Below are positions 16,658-26,373 of a stretch of 64,000 nucleotides of DNA, piece after piece; the stretch's first letter is position 1, and each line of letters starts with the position of its first letter. The DNA is taken from assembly GCA_964388775.1 (NCBI GenBank), contig CAYMBW010000001.1, positions 71,317 through 135,316 of the forward strand. Reading direction: 5' to 3'. The stretch comes from an uncultured Candidatus Saccharibacteria bacterium (GTDB lineage Bacteria > Patescibacteriota > Minisyncoccia > Minisyncoccales > PEYH01). The notes beneath the pieces were generated by a model that was given only the letters and a program-made list of their open reading frames with translations, did not search any database and had not been told where the DNA came from. The position numbers were made by a program, and so were the translations under genes.

Positions 16658-17776
16658 ATGACAGCTTTTTGGAAAGCGTTATCTGTTTTTGTTAGCACAA
16701 TTATAGGCGTGGGCATATTCGGTTTGCCCTGGGTCGCTTTTAAAAGCGGATTTTTTGTTTTAATCGGCTATTTTTTAATATTAGGGGCGATAGCCATGGT
16801 CGTTCATTTGACTCTGGGTAAAATTATTGTTGGGACAAAAGAGCAACATCGTTTTCCGGGATATGTTAAGCAATATTTGGGCAGAAAATGGGGGAGGGTT
16901 TCTTCTGTCTCAATGTGCGCAGGACTTTTCGGCGCCCAGTTAGCTTATTTGATAGTCGGCGGGGAATTTTTAGCCAATCTTTTAATCCCTTACTTTGGGG
17001 GAACCAGATTAATTTATATCTTGATTTTCTTTGCCATAGGAAGCATATTAATTTATAAAGATATCAAAAGTGTATCTTTCACGGAGTTTTTAATTTTATT
17101 TTTCTTCTTTGGCATCCTGACCTTTTTTGTCGTTAAGGCCGTGCCCCACATGAATCCTATCAATTTTTTGCAAACTAATTTTAAATATGTTTTTTATCCC
17201 TATGGAGTGATAATGTTTGCTTTGTGGGGCACGGCCATCTTGCCGGAAGTAAAAGAAATTTTAGGGAGAAATAAAAAAGATTTAAATAAGGTAATCCTTT
17301 GGGGGATATGTTTGTCAGTATTTGTTTATCTTGTTTTTATCGTGGCGATATTGGGAGCGAGCGGGACGATAACATCTGAGGACGCAATCTCTGGTTTTGG
17401 TTTGGCCTTGGGAGGCAATGTCGCGAAAATAGGGTTTATTTTCGGACTTCTTACTTGTTTTAGTTCGTATTTAACATTAGGGCTTACTCTGAAAAAGGTT
17501 TTTTGGTATGACCTCAAGTTATCGGAAAAATTTTCTTGGGGCATCGCTTCTTTTATCCCTATGGCATTGTTTGTTCTCGGTGCCAGGGAATTTATCAGCA
17601 TTATTGGCCTGACCGGCGCAGTGGCAGGGGGCATAGAGGGAATTACTATTGTCTTTGTTTATAGGAGTTTTTTAAAGAAAATGGCGGGGCGAAAAATGAG
17701 GCCCGCCTATTTTCTGCTGTCGATATTTTTTGTTTTGGGGATAATCGCGGAAATCTCTCATTTTTTCTGGGGATAG
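16658..17776 (+). CDS. polytopic membrane transporter, amino-acid permease-like (APC/HAAAP-type)
   Basis: About 11 predicted TM helices, N-terminal GVGIFGLP motif typical of amino acid transporters. Confidence 0.55.
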   Translation: MTAFWKALSVFVSTIIGVGIFGLPWVAFKSGFFVLIGYFLILGAIAMVVHLTLGKIIVGTKEQHRFPGYVKQYLGRKWGRVSSVSMCAGLFGAQLAYLIVGGEFLANLLIPYFGGTRLIYILIFFAIGSILIYKDIKSVSFTEFLILFFFFGILTFFVVKAVPHMNPINFLQTNFKYVFYPYGVIMFALWGTAILPEVKEILGRNKKDLNKVILWGICLSVFVYLVFIVAILGASGTITSEDAISGFGLALGGNVAKIGFIFGLLTCFSSYLTLGLTLKKVFWYDLKLSEKFSWGIASFIPMALFVLGAREFISIIGLTGAVAGGIEGITIVFVYRSFLKKMAGRKMRPAYFLLSIFFVLGIIAEISHFFWG

Positions 17777-17795
17777 CCATAATTTTTCAAGCGGT

Positions 17796-17825
17796 TGTTG
17801 CTCTACCGCTTTTTTTATTTTCGGA
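17796..17825 (+). terminator. rho-independent terminator
   Basis: GCGGT-tgttgctct-ACCGC followed by TTTTTTT. Confidence 0.5.
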
Positions 17826-17905
17826 CAAGCAACTTGACAAGGTGTTTTTAATGATTAAAATGAAAATGTAACATAGAATGTATCAAGGTTTATAAAAGTA
17901 AAACC

Positions 17906-18379
17906 ATGGACATAGAGAGAGAAATTTATCTTACAAAAGAGGGGCTGAGGAATCTTGAACAGGAGTATGAAGAGCTCAAGGCCATAAAAAGCCAGAGGAC
18001 AAAAGAAAATTCTCCTACCACTGCCGCTTCTTTGGAAATTGATTCTGAATACATATCATTTCAGGACGATTTGAATTTGTTAGAGTCAAGAATCGCTGAA
18101 TTGGAAACAATTTTAAAGAATCATAAATTAATAACAACGCCTGCCAAAGGCGTCCATAAAGAGGTTTTGTTGGGAGCAACGGTCATTGTGGAAGTAGAGG
18201 GACAGGAGGATGAATTTATGATAGTCGGCTTTTTGGAAGCGAATCCTATGCTCGGCAGAATCAGCAATGAGTCGCCGGTGGGTAGGGCCTTATTGGGGCG
18301 AAGAACCGGAGATGAAGTAAAAGTCCAGTCATCGGTCGCGACTGTTTATAAAATTAAAAAAATTACATATCGACTTTAG
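17906..18379 (+). CDS. greA: transcription elongation factor GreA
   Basis: N-terminal coiled coil LTKEGLRNLEQEYEELK, C-terminal FKBP-like domain ISNESPVGRALLGRRTGDEV. Confidence 0.85.
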   Translation: MDIEREIYLTKEGLRNLEQEYEELKAIKSQRTKENSPTTAASLEIDSEYISFQDDLNLLESRIAELETILKNHKLITTPAKGVHKEVLLGATVIVEVEGQEDEFMIVGFLEANPMLGRISNESPVGRALLGRRTGDEVKVQSSVATVYKIKKITYRL

Positions 18380-18421
18380 AATTAAACATAAAAGAGGGCT
18401 ATGCCCTCTTTTTAAAACTCA

Positions 18422-19768
18422 ATGAGTCCTTTGCTTGATTTTTTTATAAAACTTGGGAAATTAAAAACCAACAAAAGAAAAGGGTGGATTCTCTCCGGGA
18501 TAAAAAACCCGGCATCGACCGCTGACCATATTTTCAGAGCCGCTATTTTAGGTTGGGTTTTAAATAGTGTTAACGAGAAGAAAGCGCTTAATGACGCGAG
18601 AATTATTAAAAGCATTTTAATCCATCATTTAGCCGATATATATATCGGCGAGGAGACTCCCTATGACTCTCTTTGCCCCAAGGATATTGGTTCTGGAAAA
18701 GAGCAGGACATCATTCAAGAAATCCTTAAAAAATTGCCGCAGATTTCCGCCGGATTAGAGAAAAAAAGAGCGGTTCGAAGGCAGCAGCTTGAAGAGAAGA
18801 CTTTTCAGAGGATTGTGACCAAGCTGCCAAACGAAATTAAAAAAGAGCTGGAAGACCTATGGTCAGAGTTGAATAAAAGGAGGACCAATCTAAGTAAATT
18901 CGCTTGGGAGTCAGCCAAGTTGGAAAGCTATCTTCAGGCGTTGGAGTATTATAGAGCAGAAGGGAAGATTCAGTATAAATTATGGAGTAAATGGGTAAAA
19001 AAGAATTTGAAAGAATCATTTGTAATAAAATTCCGGAAAGAAATAGACAAATATTTGTTGGATAAGCATAGAAAATGCGGGAAAGACACCTTGTGCGAGC
19101 TGATTCATTTTTTGGCTGAAGTCGGCAAACTGAAATCGCTCAAAAGGACTGGTTGGATTTTGAGGCGGGTTAAGAAACCGGAAAGCGTTGCTCAACACAC
19201 TTTTCAAATGACAATAATGAGTTGGTTGCTGGGACAAGTGAAAGGACTGGATACCGATAGAATTGTTAAAATCGCTTTAGTCCACGATTTATGTGAGGTT
19301 TATGCCGGAGACCAAACCCCTTACGACCCCATATTGGTGGCAGACAAGGAAGTAGTGCGTAAGCTCCTTGAAAAAGCACCTAGAGTTCCCAGGGCCCAGC
19401 GAATGGAGTGGCTTTTCAAGAAGCGGGAAAAAGAATGGAAAGCAATAGTGGAAATTACTTCTAATCTCCCAAAAATTTTACAAAAAGAGATTATTAGTTT
19501 ATGGCTGGATTGTGAAGAGGGGCTGACCAAAGAAGGAAGATTTGTGTCGCAGGTGGATAAATTGGTCAATCTTTTTCAGGCTATTGAATATTGGAAAAAG
19601 GATAATAAGTTTCCAATTGAGGGCTGGTGGGTTTTTATAAAAGAAAGGGTAGACGACCCTTTGTTATTGAAATTTACCGATGAATTAGATAAAGAGTTTG
19701 CTATAGCAAACAGAATATCTAAAAAAAACAAAAAGTCCAAAAAGGCGAAGAGGCCAAGAAAAAAATAA
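18422..19768 (+). CDS. tandem-duplicated YfbR-like HD-domain phosphohydrolase with Lys-rich tail
   Basis: Two HD modules (HIFRAAILGW...IHHLADIYIGEETPYD and HTFQMTIMSW...VHDLCEVYAGDQTPYD). Confidence 0.65.
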   Translation: MSPLLDFFIKLGKLKTNKRKGWILSGIKNPASTADHIFRAAILGWVLNSVNEKKALNDARIIKSILIHHLADIYIGEETPYDSLCPKDIGSGKEQDIIQEILKKLPQISAGLEKKRAVRRQQLEEKTFQRIVTKLPNEIKKELEDLWSELNKRRTNLSKFAWESAKLESYLQALEYYRAEGKIQYKLWSKWVKKNLKESFVIKFRKEIDKYLLDKHRKCGKDTLCELIHFLAEVGKLKSLKRTGWILRRVKKPESVAQHTFQMTIMSWLLGQVKGLDTDRIVKIALVHDLCEVYAGDQTPYDPILVADKEVVRKLLEKAPRVPRAQRMEWLFKKREKEWKAIVEITSNLPKILQKEIISLWLDCEEGLTKEGRFVSQVDKLVNLFQAIEYWKKDNKFPIEGWWVFIKERVDDPLLLKFTDELDKEFAIANRISKKNKKSKKAKRPRKK

Positions 19769-19846
19769 ATTTACCATAGACATCTTTAAAAGCCCGAGCC
19801 AGGGCTTTTTGCTTTTTAGAAAACAAAGAGATGTGATAAAATAAGA

Positions 19847-20839
19847 TTGATTATGATTAATCAGGAATTGGCAAACATTTTTTACGAAATTGGATATTTT
19901 CTTGAAATGGAAGAAGCGGCTTTCAGGCCTCAGGCCTATGAAAAGGCAGCGATTGTTTTGGAGAGCACAAAAGAGAGTGTGCGCGATATCTATAAAAAAG
20001 GCGGAATCAAAGCGCTTATTGCGATGCCCGGAGTCGGCGAAAGCATTGCGAAAAAAATTGAGGAGTATCTTCAAACAGGAGAAATCCAATATTATGAAAA
20101 GTGGAAGAAGAAAGTGCCGGTTGATATTGAAGGACTAATGGCAATAGAGGGAGTGGGGCCAAAGACAATTCGGGTTTTATACGATGAACTCGGAATCACT
20201 AATATAAAAGAGTTGGAGCTGGCAGCGATGAACCATAAAATTTCTCCCCTTTTTGGATTTGGCGCCAAAAAAGAAAAAAATATTTTGCAAAACATTGTTT
20301 TTTTAAAGGCGACAAGAGAAAAATTTCCTTTTGAAAGAATTTTTCCCACAGCAAGAGACATCAAAACCAAATTAAACTCCTTAAAAGAGGTGAAGAAAGT
20401 TGATTTGGCCGGGTCATTGCGCCGAAGAGAGGATATGGTTGGCGATATTGACATTTTAGCAATAACTTCATGCCCGGAAAAAGTGGTGTCCTTTTTTGTT
20501 GGCTTGCCGGAGGTGATGAAGATTTGGGGCAAGGGCAAGACCAAGGCATCCGTCCGTTTGAAGCAGGGCATAGACGCGGACTTGAGAGTGGTGCCGGAGA
20601 TTAGCTATGGCGCGGCTCTTCAATATTTTACCGGTTCTAAAGAACATAATGTGGCTTTAAGAAAAATAGCCATTGAAAAAGGAATGAAACTTAATGAATA
20701 CGGGCTTTTTAAGGGGAAAAGAAGGATTGCCGGACAGAAAGAAAAAGATATTTATACAGCCCTTGGCGTCAAGTGGATTTTGCCTGAATTAAGGAAAGGC
20801 AAAAAAGAGATTGAATTTTTGATTGACGACAAGAGGTAG
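19847..20839 (+). CDS. DNA polymerase X family (Pol-beta-like, no PHP domain)
   Basis: HhH motifs (GVGESIAKKI, GVGPKTI) and nucleotidyltransferase motif GSLRRREDMVGDIDIL. Confidence 0.75.
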   Translation: MIMINQELANIFYEIGYFLEMEEAAFRPQAYEKAAIVLESTKESVRDIYKKGGIKALIAMPGVGESIAKKIEEYLQTGEIQYYEKWKKKVPVDIEGLMAIEGVGPKTIRVLYDELGITNIKELELAAMNHKISPLFGFGAKKEKNILQNIVFLKATREKFPFERIFPTARDIKTKLNSLKEVKKVDLAGSLRRREDMVGDIDILAITSCPEKVVSFFVGLPEVMKIWGKGKTKASVRLKQGIDADLRVVPEISYGAALQYFTGSKEHNVALRKIAIEKGMKLNEYGLFKGKRRIAGQKEKDIYTALGVKWILPELRKGKKEIEFLIDDKR

Positions 20840-20904
20840 CATTATCTGCGAGATTTTGTTATTATTAACAAAGGTTTAATAATTAATAATTAATAACTGA
20901 TAAT

Positions 20905-23172
20905 ATGAATCAAAAATACGCAAAAATTTCAATAGTTTCTCTCTTTTTGCTGTCTTTTGCTTTTGGCGCTTCAGCCCTGACCGCTGAATCTTCTTGCGGG
21001 TCCTTATACGAAATGCATATGAAGATTATTGATAGATACGATAGCGACCAAAACAAAAAAATATCTTTACAAGAATCATATAGTGCCGTATCCGCTTGGT
21101 TTGATTCTGTTTGGACTGATGCGGATTTATTGGGATTATTAAAATTTGCTAGGCAGGAATGCGTTATTCCCTCTATTGAGAATGACCCGGCGTCTGGGAC
21201 GCTTTCCGCTTCCGCTACCCAAGTAAATGTCGGAGAAACAATTATACTGACAGTAATTGGCAAAGACAACGACGGTCTGCAAAATCTGTGGGTCTATTAT
21301 CAAGGGAGTTGGCATAATAAACCAACGCAAGGGACAATTGCCACTACCACATTTTCTTTTTCAGAGCCAAAGGCAGGAACTTATATTTATAAAGGGTATA
21401 TATATGGAAGTCAGCCGAGTGGAGTGAAAGAAACCGCCTGGACCATTCCCCAAGAGGTAAGGGTAACAGTTTTGCCAGCAGCAGTTATTGATTGCCACTA
21501 TTATTATTGGTTTGACAGCGATACAACCGCTTGTGGCTATAAGCAATTTTGCGGCGAGTTTATGTATTATGGATTAAGAACTTTTTCCACCCAGCAAGAG
21601 TGCGAACAGGCATTGCCAGTAAATCCTTCTCAAAATGACCCGGTTTCCGGAACATTATCTGTTTCATCTGCGACAGTAGAGCCGGGAGACAATATTATTC
21701 TGACTATTACAGGGCAGGACGATAATGGATTGTATGCCCTTTTGACCTATTATCAAGGGGAATGGCACCAAAAATTAATTCAAGGAACGGCTGCTGACGC
21801 AACCTTTACTTTTTCCGAGTCCCAAGAGGGAGTTTACACCTATTTAGGGTATGTTTATGGCAAGACGGCTAACAATAATTTGGAGTTTGGCTGGACTGAG
21901 CCGAAGATGCTAAGTGTTACGGTTCGCAAGAAACCGACAGAAGGCCCGGATTTGATTATCTCCTCGGTGAGCACAAACCCGGTTTCTCTTACTTCGTCAG
22001 ACGAGGTTGATTTCAAGGTGATTATTAAGAATATCGGTTCAGAGCGAATGCCGGTGGTGGATGGAGGAATTATAACAAAAATTTCCTCTTCTTCTATGGT
22101 AGATTCGGGTTATAGAATTTGTGACGCTATGACAACTCGCTTAGGAGCGGGAGAAAGCGCGACCATAGATTGTCCGATTGTGCAAACTCTTTCTGTTGGT
22201 ACTCATAACTTTACATTTTCAACAGATGACGGAAACAGGTTGTCAGAGGCCAACGAAAACAATAACGGAAAAACAATTTCCCTAACAGTGGGACAGACCT
22301 CAACTCTTTCAGTCAATCTTACTGCCTCTCCTTCTTCCGGTGTCGTTCCTTTGACCGTGGTAGAGCTAAAAGCTACTGCGTCAGGGACAGCAGTTGGAGA
22401 TACCACTTTCCGGTTTGATTGTACTAACGATGGAGTTTGGGATGGAACATATTCCAATCGTCCAGAAGCCAGTCGCTATCATTATTGCGACTATTTTCAA
22501 GCCGGCGCATACACTGCAAAAGTTCGGGTTGAAGCAGGAGGACTAACAGCTCAAGATACGGCAACCATAATAGTTTCTGCAACAGGAACAGGGCAAAGCG
22601 ACCCGATATCAGGAATATTCTCTACAAGCGCGGCAAGTGTTGCGGAAGGAGAATTCTTCACTCTCAAAGTAGTGGCGCAGGATGACCAGGGAGTGGATAA
22701 AATTAAGATTTATTACAAGGGTTCGTGGCATACTTTTGATTGTGGAAGACAGACATCCTGCACTAAGAGTTATGAACTATATGAGTCAACGGCCGGGGCC
22801 TATACATACTATGCTAAGGTTTATGGGTACGATTTAAGCGGGAATTCAGAGAATAATGATGCCAGCCCGAATTATCTAAGAGTTACAGTAACAACGCCAG
22901 TTGTTGCTACTTGTACGGACTCTGATGGAGGGGCGAATTATTCTGTTAAGGGCAGTTCATCCTCAACCGTTTCTGGGGTTGAAGGGAGAGTCGATTGTTG
23001 CAAATTAGAATATTCAACCTATATGGGTGATTCAGTTAATCATATTGGTACAGGAGGAGGAGCTTGTGTAACAAGCGGTCCCTATCTCTATGAAGCGATT
23101 TGTCAGAACGGAGTGCCTTATACCACGGTATATACTTGTCCCTGGGGTTGCCAAGATGGCATTTGCAAGTAA
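20905..23172 (+). CDS. secreted/cell-surface protein with three ~100-aa internal repeats, CARDB-like and PKD-like domains and a Cys-rich C-terminus
   Basis: Signal peptide; repeats NDPASGTLSASATQV..YYQGSWH, NDPVSGTLSVSSATV..YYQGEWH, SDPISGIFSTSAASV..YYKGSWH; PDLIISSVSTNPVS...IKNIGS (CARDB). Confidence 0.7.
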   Translation: MNQKYAKISIVSLFLLSFAFGASALTAESSCGSLYEMHMKIIDRYDSDQNKKISLQESYSAVSAWFDSVWTDADLLGLLKFARQECVIPSIENDPASGTLSASATQVNVGETIILTVIGKDNDGLQNLWVYYQGSWHNKPTQGTIATTTFSFSEPKAGTYIYKGYIYGSQPSGVKETAWTIPQEVRVTVLPAAVIDCHYYYWFDSDTTACGYKQFCGEFMYYGLRTFSTQQECEQALPVNPSQNDPVSGTLSVSSATVEPGDNIILTITGQDDNGLYALLTYYQGEWHQKLIQGTAADATFTFSESQEGVYTYLGYVYGKTANNNLEFGWTEPKMLSVTVRKKPTEGPDLIISSVSTNPVSLTSSDEVDFKVIIKNIGSERMPVVDGGIITKISSSSMVDSGYRICDAMTTRLGAGESATIDCPIVQTLSVGTHNFTFSTDDGNRLSEANENNNGKTISLTVGQTSTLSVNLTASPSSGVVPLTVVELKATASGTAVGDTTFRFDCTNDGVWDGTYSNRPEASRYHYCDYFQAGAYTAKVRVEAGGLTAQDTATIIVSATGTGQSDPISGIFSTSAASVAEGEFFTLKVVAQDDQGVDKIKIYYKGSWHTFDCGRQTSCTKSYELYESTAGAYTYYAKVYGYDLSGNSENNDASPNYLRVTVTTPVVATCTDSDGGANYSVKGSSSSTVSGVEGRVDCCKLEYSTYMGDSVNHIGTGGGACVTSGPYLYEAICQNGVPYTTVYTCPWGCQDGICK

Positions 23173-23275
23173 TTTGACGATGAAAATTCTTTTTCGCAAG
23201 AGAGTTTATCGGGCGGAAAAAATATTTCTCCCGGAAAAACTTCTTAAAAAAGAGGGAGTGCTTTAAAAAACTCAA

Positions 23276-23306
23276 AAACCCGCTTCAAGCGGGTTTTTGA
23301 GTTTTC
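23276..23306. terminator. bidirectional rho-independent terminator between convergent genes
   Basis: AAAAACCCGCTTCAAGCGGGTTTTT flanked by A- and T-runs. Confidence 0.7.
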
Positions 23307-23385
23307 AGTAGTTAGTAATCAACAATCAATAGTTAATAATCAATCGCCCATGGCGGGCAAGTAATTAATGATTAGTGATAAATGA

Positions 23386-23733
23386 TTATTTGACCGCTTC
23401 TTTTACAATCTCTTCAAATATTTTTGGTTGTTCTTGGGCCAATTGGGCCAAAATTTTTCTGTCTATTGCGATATTTTTCTTCTTCAAGGCGCCCATTAGC
23501 TTACTGTAGGAAATATTTTGTTTTCTGGAACCGGCATTAATCTGGACTTGCCATAGTTGTCTTTTCTCCCGTTTTCTCACTTTTCTATCTCTGTAATTAT
23601 AAGCCAGGGCATGGAACAATGCTTCTTTGGCTAAGGTATATCTGTTTTTTCTGCCCCAACGGAATCCCTTGGTTTGTTCTAATAGTTTTTTTCTGCGTTT
23701 GTGGGCTGTTGTCCCTCGTTTTACTCTTACCAT
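23386..23733 (-). CDS. rplT: 50S ribosomal protein L20
   Basis: MVRVKRGTTAHKRRKKLLEQTKGFRWGRKN... Confidence 0.9.
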   Translation of the reverse strand: MVRVKRGTTAHKRRKKLLEQTKGFRWGRKNRYTLAKEALFHALAYNYRDRKVRKREKRQLWQVQINAGSRKQNISYSKLMGALKKKNIAIDRKILAQLAQEQPKIFEEIVKEAVK

Positions 23734-23734
23734 A

Positions 23735-23956
23735 TTATATAGACATCAATTTTTTAATTTTTTTGGACTCGGACTTTGGCAATTCCACCCATTTTCTTTT
23801 CTCCTGTATTATTTTCCCTGATTTCTTTGACCGAAAATGATTCTGCCCGGTTGCTTTGCGTAAAAGTTTTCCGCTTTTGGTTAGTTTAAATCTTTTGGTC
23901 AACGACTTTTTTGTCTTCGCCTTTCTTGTCTTCGTTTTTTTTGTCTTCTGCGACAT
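23735..23956 (-). CDS. rpmI: 50S ribosomal protein L35
   Basis: KSLTKRFKLTKSGKLLRKATGQNHF; conserved infC-rpmI-rplT order; start probably a non-ATG codon downstream of the tool start. Confidence 0.8.
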   Translation of the reverse strand: MSQKTKKTKTRKAKTKKSLTKRFKLTKSGKLLRKATGQNHFRSKKSGKIIQEKRKWVELPKSESKKIKKLMSI

Positions 23957-24470
23957 TTTTTTGTCCTCGTTTAATAATAAGAATTAATATATTTGGTAAT
24001 CTCCTGGGCGGCTGTTCGGTTTCTATCGGGACTTGGTTGCCCAATATCTCCACAAATTTTTTTATCTGTTCTTCGGCGTGTTGCCGCAGCGCTCTTTCTC
24101 GTCCCCTTAATCGCAATTCTATCTTAATTTTGTTTCCCTGTTTCAGAAATTTGTACGCTTGATTTGCCTTGGTTTCTATATCGTGGATAGAAGTATTAAA
24201 TTTTATCCTTACTCCCTTAATCTCTCCGCCCTTTTGGCGGGATTGCTTTTTTTCTTTCTTTTTTAATTGATAAAGATATTTTCCATGGTCGCCGAGCTTG
24301 CATATCGGGGGAGAGGCCTTGTCAGTGACCTGTATTAAATCTAAACCGCGCTCGGAAGACATTTTGAGCGCTTGTTCCAGGGATACTATTCCTACCTGTT
24401 TATCGTCTTCGTCAATCAATCTTACCTCTTTTGCTTTTATTTGATGATTTAATAAGGGTTTGTGCAGAAT
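23886..24470 (-). CDS. infC: translation initiation factor IF-3 with non-AUG (probably AUU/AUA) start upstream of the tool ORF
   Basis: The tool M at 24419 is TTG; in-frame upstream codons give ...HQIKAKEVRLIDEDDKQVGIVS, matching the IF3 N-terminus; the C-terminal domain is conserved. Confidence 0.85.
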   Translation of the reverse strand: MLHKPLLNHQIKAKEVRLIDEDDKQVGIVSLEQALKMSSERGLDLIQVTDKASPPICKLGDHGKYLYQLKKKEKKQSRQKGGEIKGVRIKFNTSIHDIETKANQAYKFLKQGNKIKIELRLRGRERALRQHAEEQIKKFVEILGNQVPIETEQPPRRLPNILILIIKRGQKNVAEDKKNEDKKGEDKKVVDQKI

Positions 24471-24491
24471 ACTTTTATAATTATTTATTTT

Positions 24492-24870
24492 AGTGGAGAT
24501 GGCGGGATTTGAACCCGCGTATGGGAAGGCGTTTGAATTGTTTCTACAAGCTTACCTTGATTAATGTTGTCGGTCAGAGGCCTTGAATCAAGGGAAACAG
24601 CTTCTGGCTTAGGCCTAATTTTGGCAATTCTTTTCGGCCAACGAAGAATCGCTTATCTCGATAAATTACACCCGTTTTGCTTATCGAGAGTCCGCAAAAC
24701 AGATGGGCGTTGATTATTGCTAATCAAGCGCCGACCGTGGCGTTATGCATAAGCATAAGCCGGTCTTTGAAATAAGTTGGCACTTATTTGATTCTTGGAA
24801 GTTTAGCCAGATTCCAAGAGCTGGGCTTGCGCAATTCATCAGCTGTTTCCTATCGATGCCTTTCACCCCC
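24492..24870 (-). ncRNA. ssrA: tmRNA (SsrA)
   Basis: 5' GGGGGTGAAAGGCATCG..., 3' tRNA-like end GGGTTCAAATCCCGCCATCTCCAC; candidate tag frame GCC AAC TTA TTT CAA AGA CCG GCT TAT GCT TAT GCA TAA (ANLFQRPAYAYA); adjacent to smpB. Confidence 0.7.
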
Positions 24871-25315
24871 ATTCTTTAAGCTCTCTTCTGATGTCTTTTT
24901 CCGTTGCTCTTTTTTTAAGGATATCTCTTTTGTCAAATTTGCTTTTATGTTTGGCAATTGCTATTTCAATCTTTATTTTTCCGTGCTTAGTATACATTTT
25001 TAAAGGCACCAATGTCAAGCCCTTTTGCGCTGATTTCCCTATCAGATGCTTGATTTCCGATTTATTTAACAGTAACTTTCTGGTTCTTCTTTCGTTGTAA
25101 TTATTAGGAGTGTTGTTTGGCTGATAAGGAGGGACGCTGGCATTAAGGAGATAGGGGTCCTCGTCTTTGAAAACCACAAAAGCTCCCTGCAGGTTGGCCC
25201 TGCCGAGCTTGATTGATTTTACTTCAAAGCCGTTTAAGACAATACCCGCCTCAAATTTTTCAATAGGGAGGTAGTCAAAAAAGGCCTTTTTGTTTTCTGC
25301 TAAATTCTTTGCCAT
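24863..25315 (-). CDS. smpB: SsrA-binding protein SmpB
   Basis: FFDYLPIEKFEAGIVLNGFEVKS...LLLNKSEIKHLIGKSAQKGLTLVPL. Confidence 0.9.
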   Translation of the reverse strand: MAKNLAENKKAFFDYLPIEKFEAGIVLNGFEVKSIKLGRANLQGAFVVFKDEDPYLLNASVPPYQPNNTPNNYNERRTRKLLLNKSEIKHLIGKSAQKGLTLVPLKMYTKHGKIKIEIAIAKHKSKFDKRDILKKRATEKDIRRELKEWG

Positions 25316-25419
25316 TGTTTTATGGTATCATAAACAAGCGAAATAGTAAGGGGAATGGAAAAATATTAATTGGAAAAGGTCGGGAAGATACAATCATTAA
25401 TCATTAAATATTTTTTAAT

Positions 25420-26229
25420 ATGGAGGATACAAAACAATTTTTTCATCACCGACATCCCAAAGGGATTTTGAGAGGAGTTTTAGTTTTATTTCTACTCGCT
25501 TTGACCATTTCCGTGTCGGTGGGAATTTCTAATCAAATAAAGACAGGCAGATATATTGGTCAGGATGTGGTTTCAAGAAATACTGTTTCTGTCAGTGGAA
25601 CAGGGGAAATATATGCTAAACCGGATTTGGCGATTACCGCTTTTTCAGTAAAAACAGAAGCCAAAACAGTAGAAGGGGCGATGTCGGACAATACCAAAAA
25701 AATGAATGCCGTTATTGAGGCGATGAAAGGTGCCGGGGTTGAAGAAAAAGACCTGAAGACAACTAATTTTAATATTTCTCCGAGATATGAATATGTGACT
25801 GATTATTCTGTTGACTATTGGCCAAAACCACAAAAAAGAGTTTTAACAGGATATGAAATTACTCAATCAATTGAAGTCAAGATAAGAGATATGGCCAAAA
25901 TTGGAGATATTATTCAAAAAGCGGTTGATGCCGGGGCCAATCAGGCAGGAGGGCTTCAGTTCACTTTTGATGACCCGGATGGCTTGAAGAATCAAGCGCG
26001 AGAAGAAGCGATTAAGGAAGCAAAAGAAAAAGCAGAATTATTGGCAAAACAGCTTGGCGTGAAATTAACCAAGATAACCAATTTTAGCGAAGGGGGTTAT
26101 TATCCGCCGGTTTATTATGATAACGCAATAAGCGCTAAGGCAATGGGCGAAGCGGAAGCTGCCCCGCAGATAGAAACAGGAGAGAATAAAATCACGGTGA
26201 ATATAACCATCACCTACGAAATAAATTAA
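25420..26229 (+). CDS. SIMPL/DUF541 domain protein with N-terminal membrane anchor
   Basis: Signal/anchor helix, then the DUF541 pattern (AKPDLAITAFSVKTEAKT...). Confidence 0.65.
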   Translation: MEDTKQFFHHRHPKGILRGVLVLFLLALTISVSVGISNQIKTGRYIGQDVVSRNTVSVSGTGEIYAKPDLAITAFSVKTEAKTVEGAMSDNTKKMNAVIEAMKGAGVEEKDLKTTNFNISPRYEYVTDYSVDYWPKPQKRVLTGYEITQSIEVKIRDMAKIGDIIQKAVDAGANQAGGLQFTFDDPDGLKNQAREEAIKEAKEKAELLAKQLGVKLTKITNFSEGGYYPPVYYDNAISAKAMGEAEAAPQIETGENKITVNITITYEIN

Positions 26230-26282
26230 GCTCTGTTAGTTCTGTTAGGGTCAGACCCTAACAGAACAGATAACATTTGCCA

Positions 26283-26310
26283 AAATTACGAGGCCCGGCC
26301 TCGTAATTTT
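26283..26310. repeat. palindromic hairpin element AAATTACGAGGCC-CG-GGCCTCGTAATTT (copy 1 of 3)
   Basis: Perfect 12-bp stem; other copies at 26353-26373 and 58691-58717; a distinct hairpin TCTGTTAGGGTC/GACCCTAACAGA at 26241-26270. Confidence 0.7.
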
Positions 26311-26352
26311 GGCAAAACGCCGGAACCCACGTCAGTGTTGAGGATTCTCACT

Positions 26353-26373
26353 ACGAGGCCCGGCCTCGTAATT
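26353..26373. repeat. palindromic hairpin TACGAGGCCCGGCCTCGTA (copy 2)
   Basis: Same core as 26283 and 58691. Confidence 0.7.
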
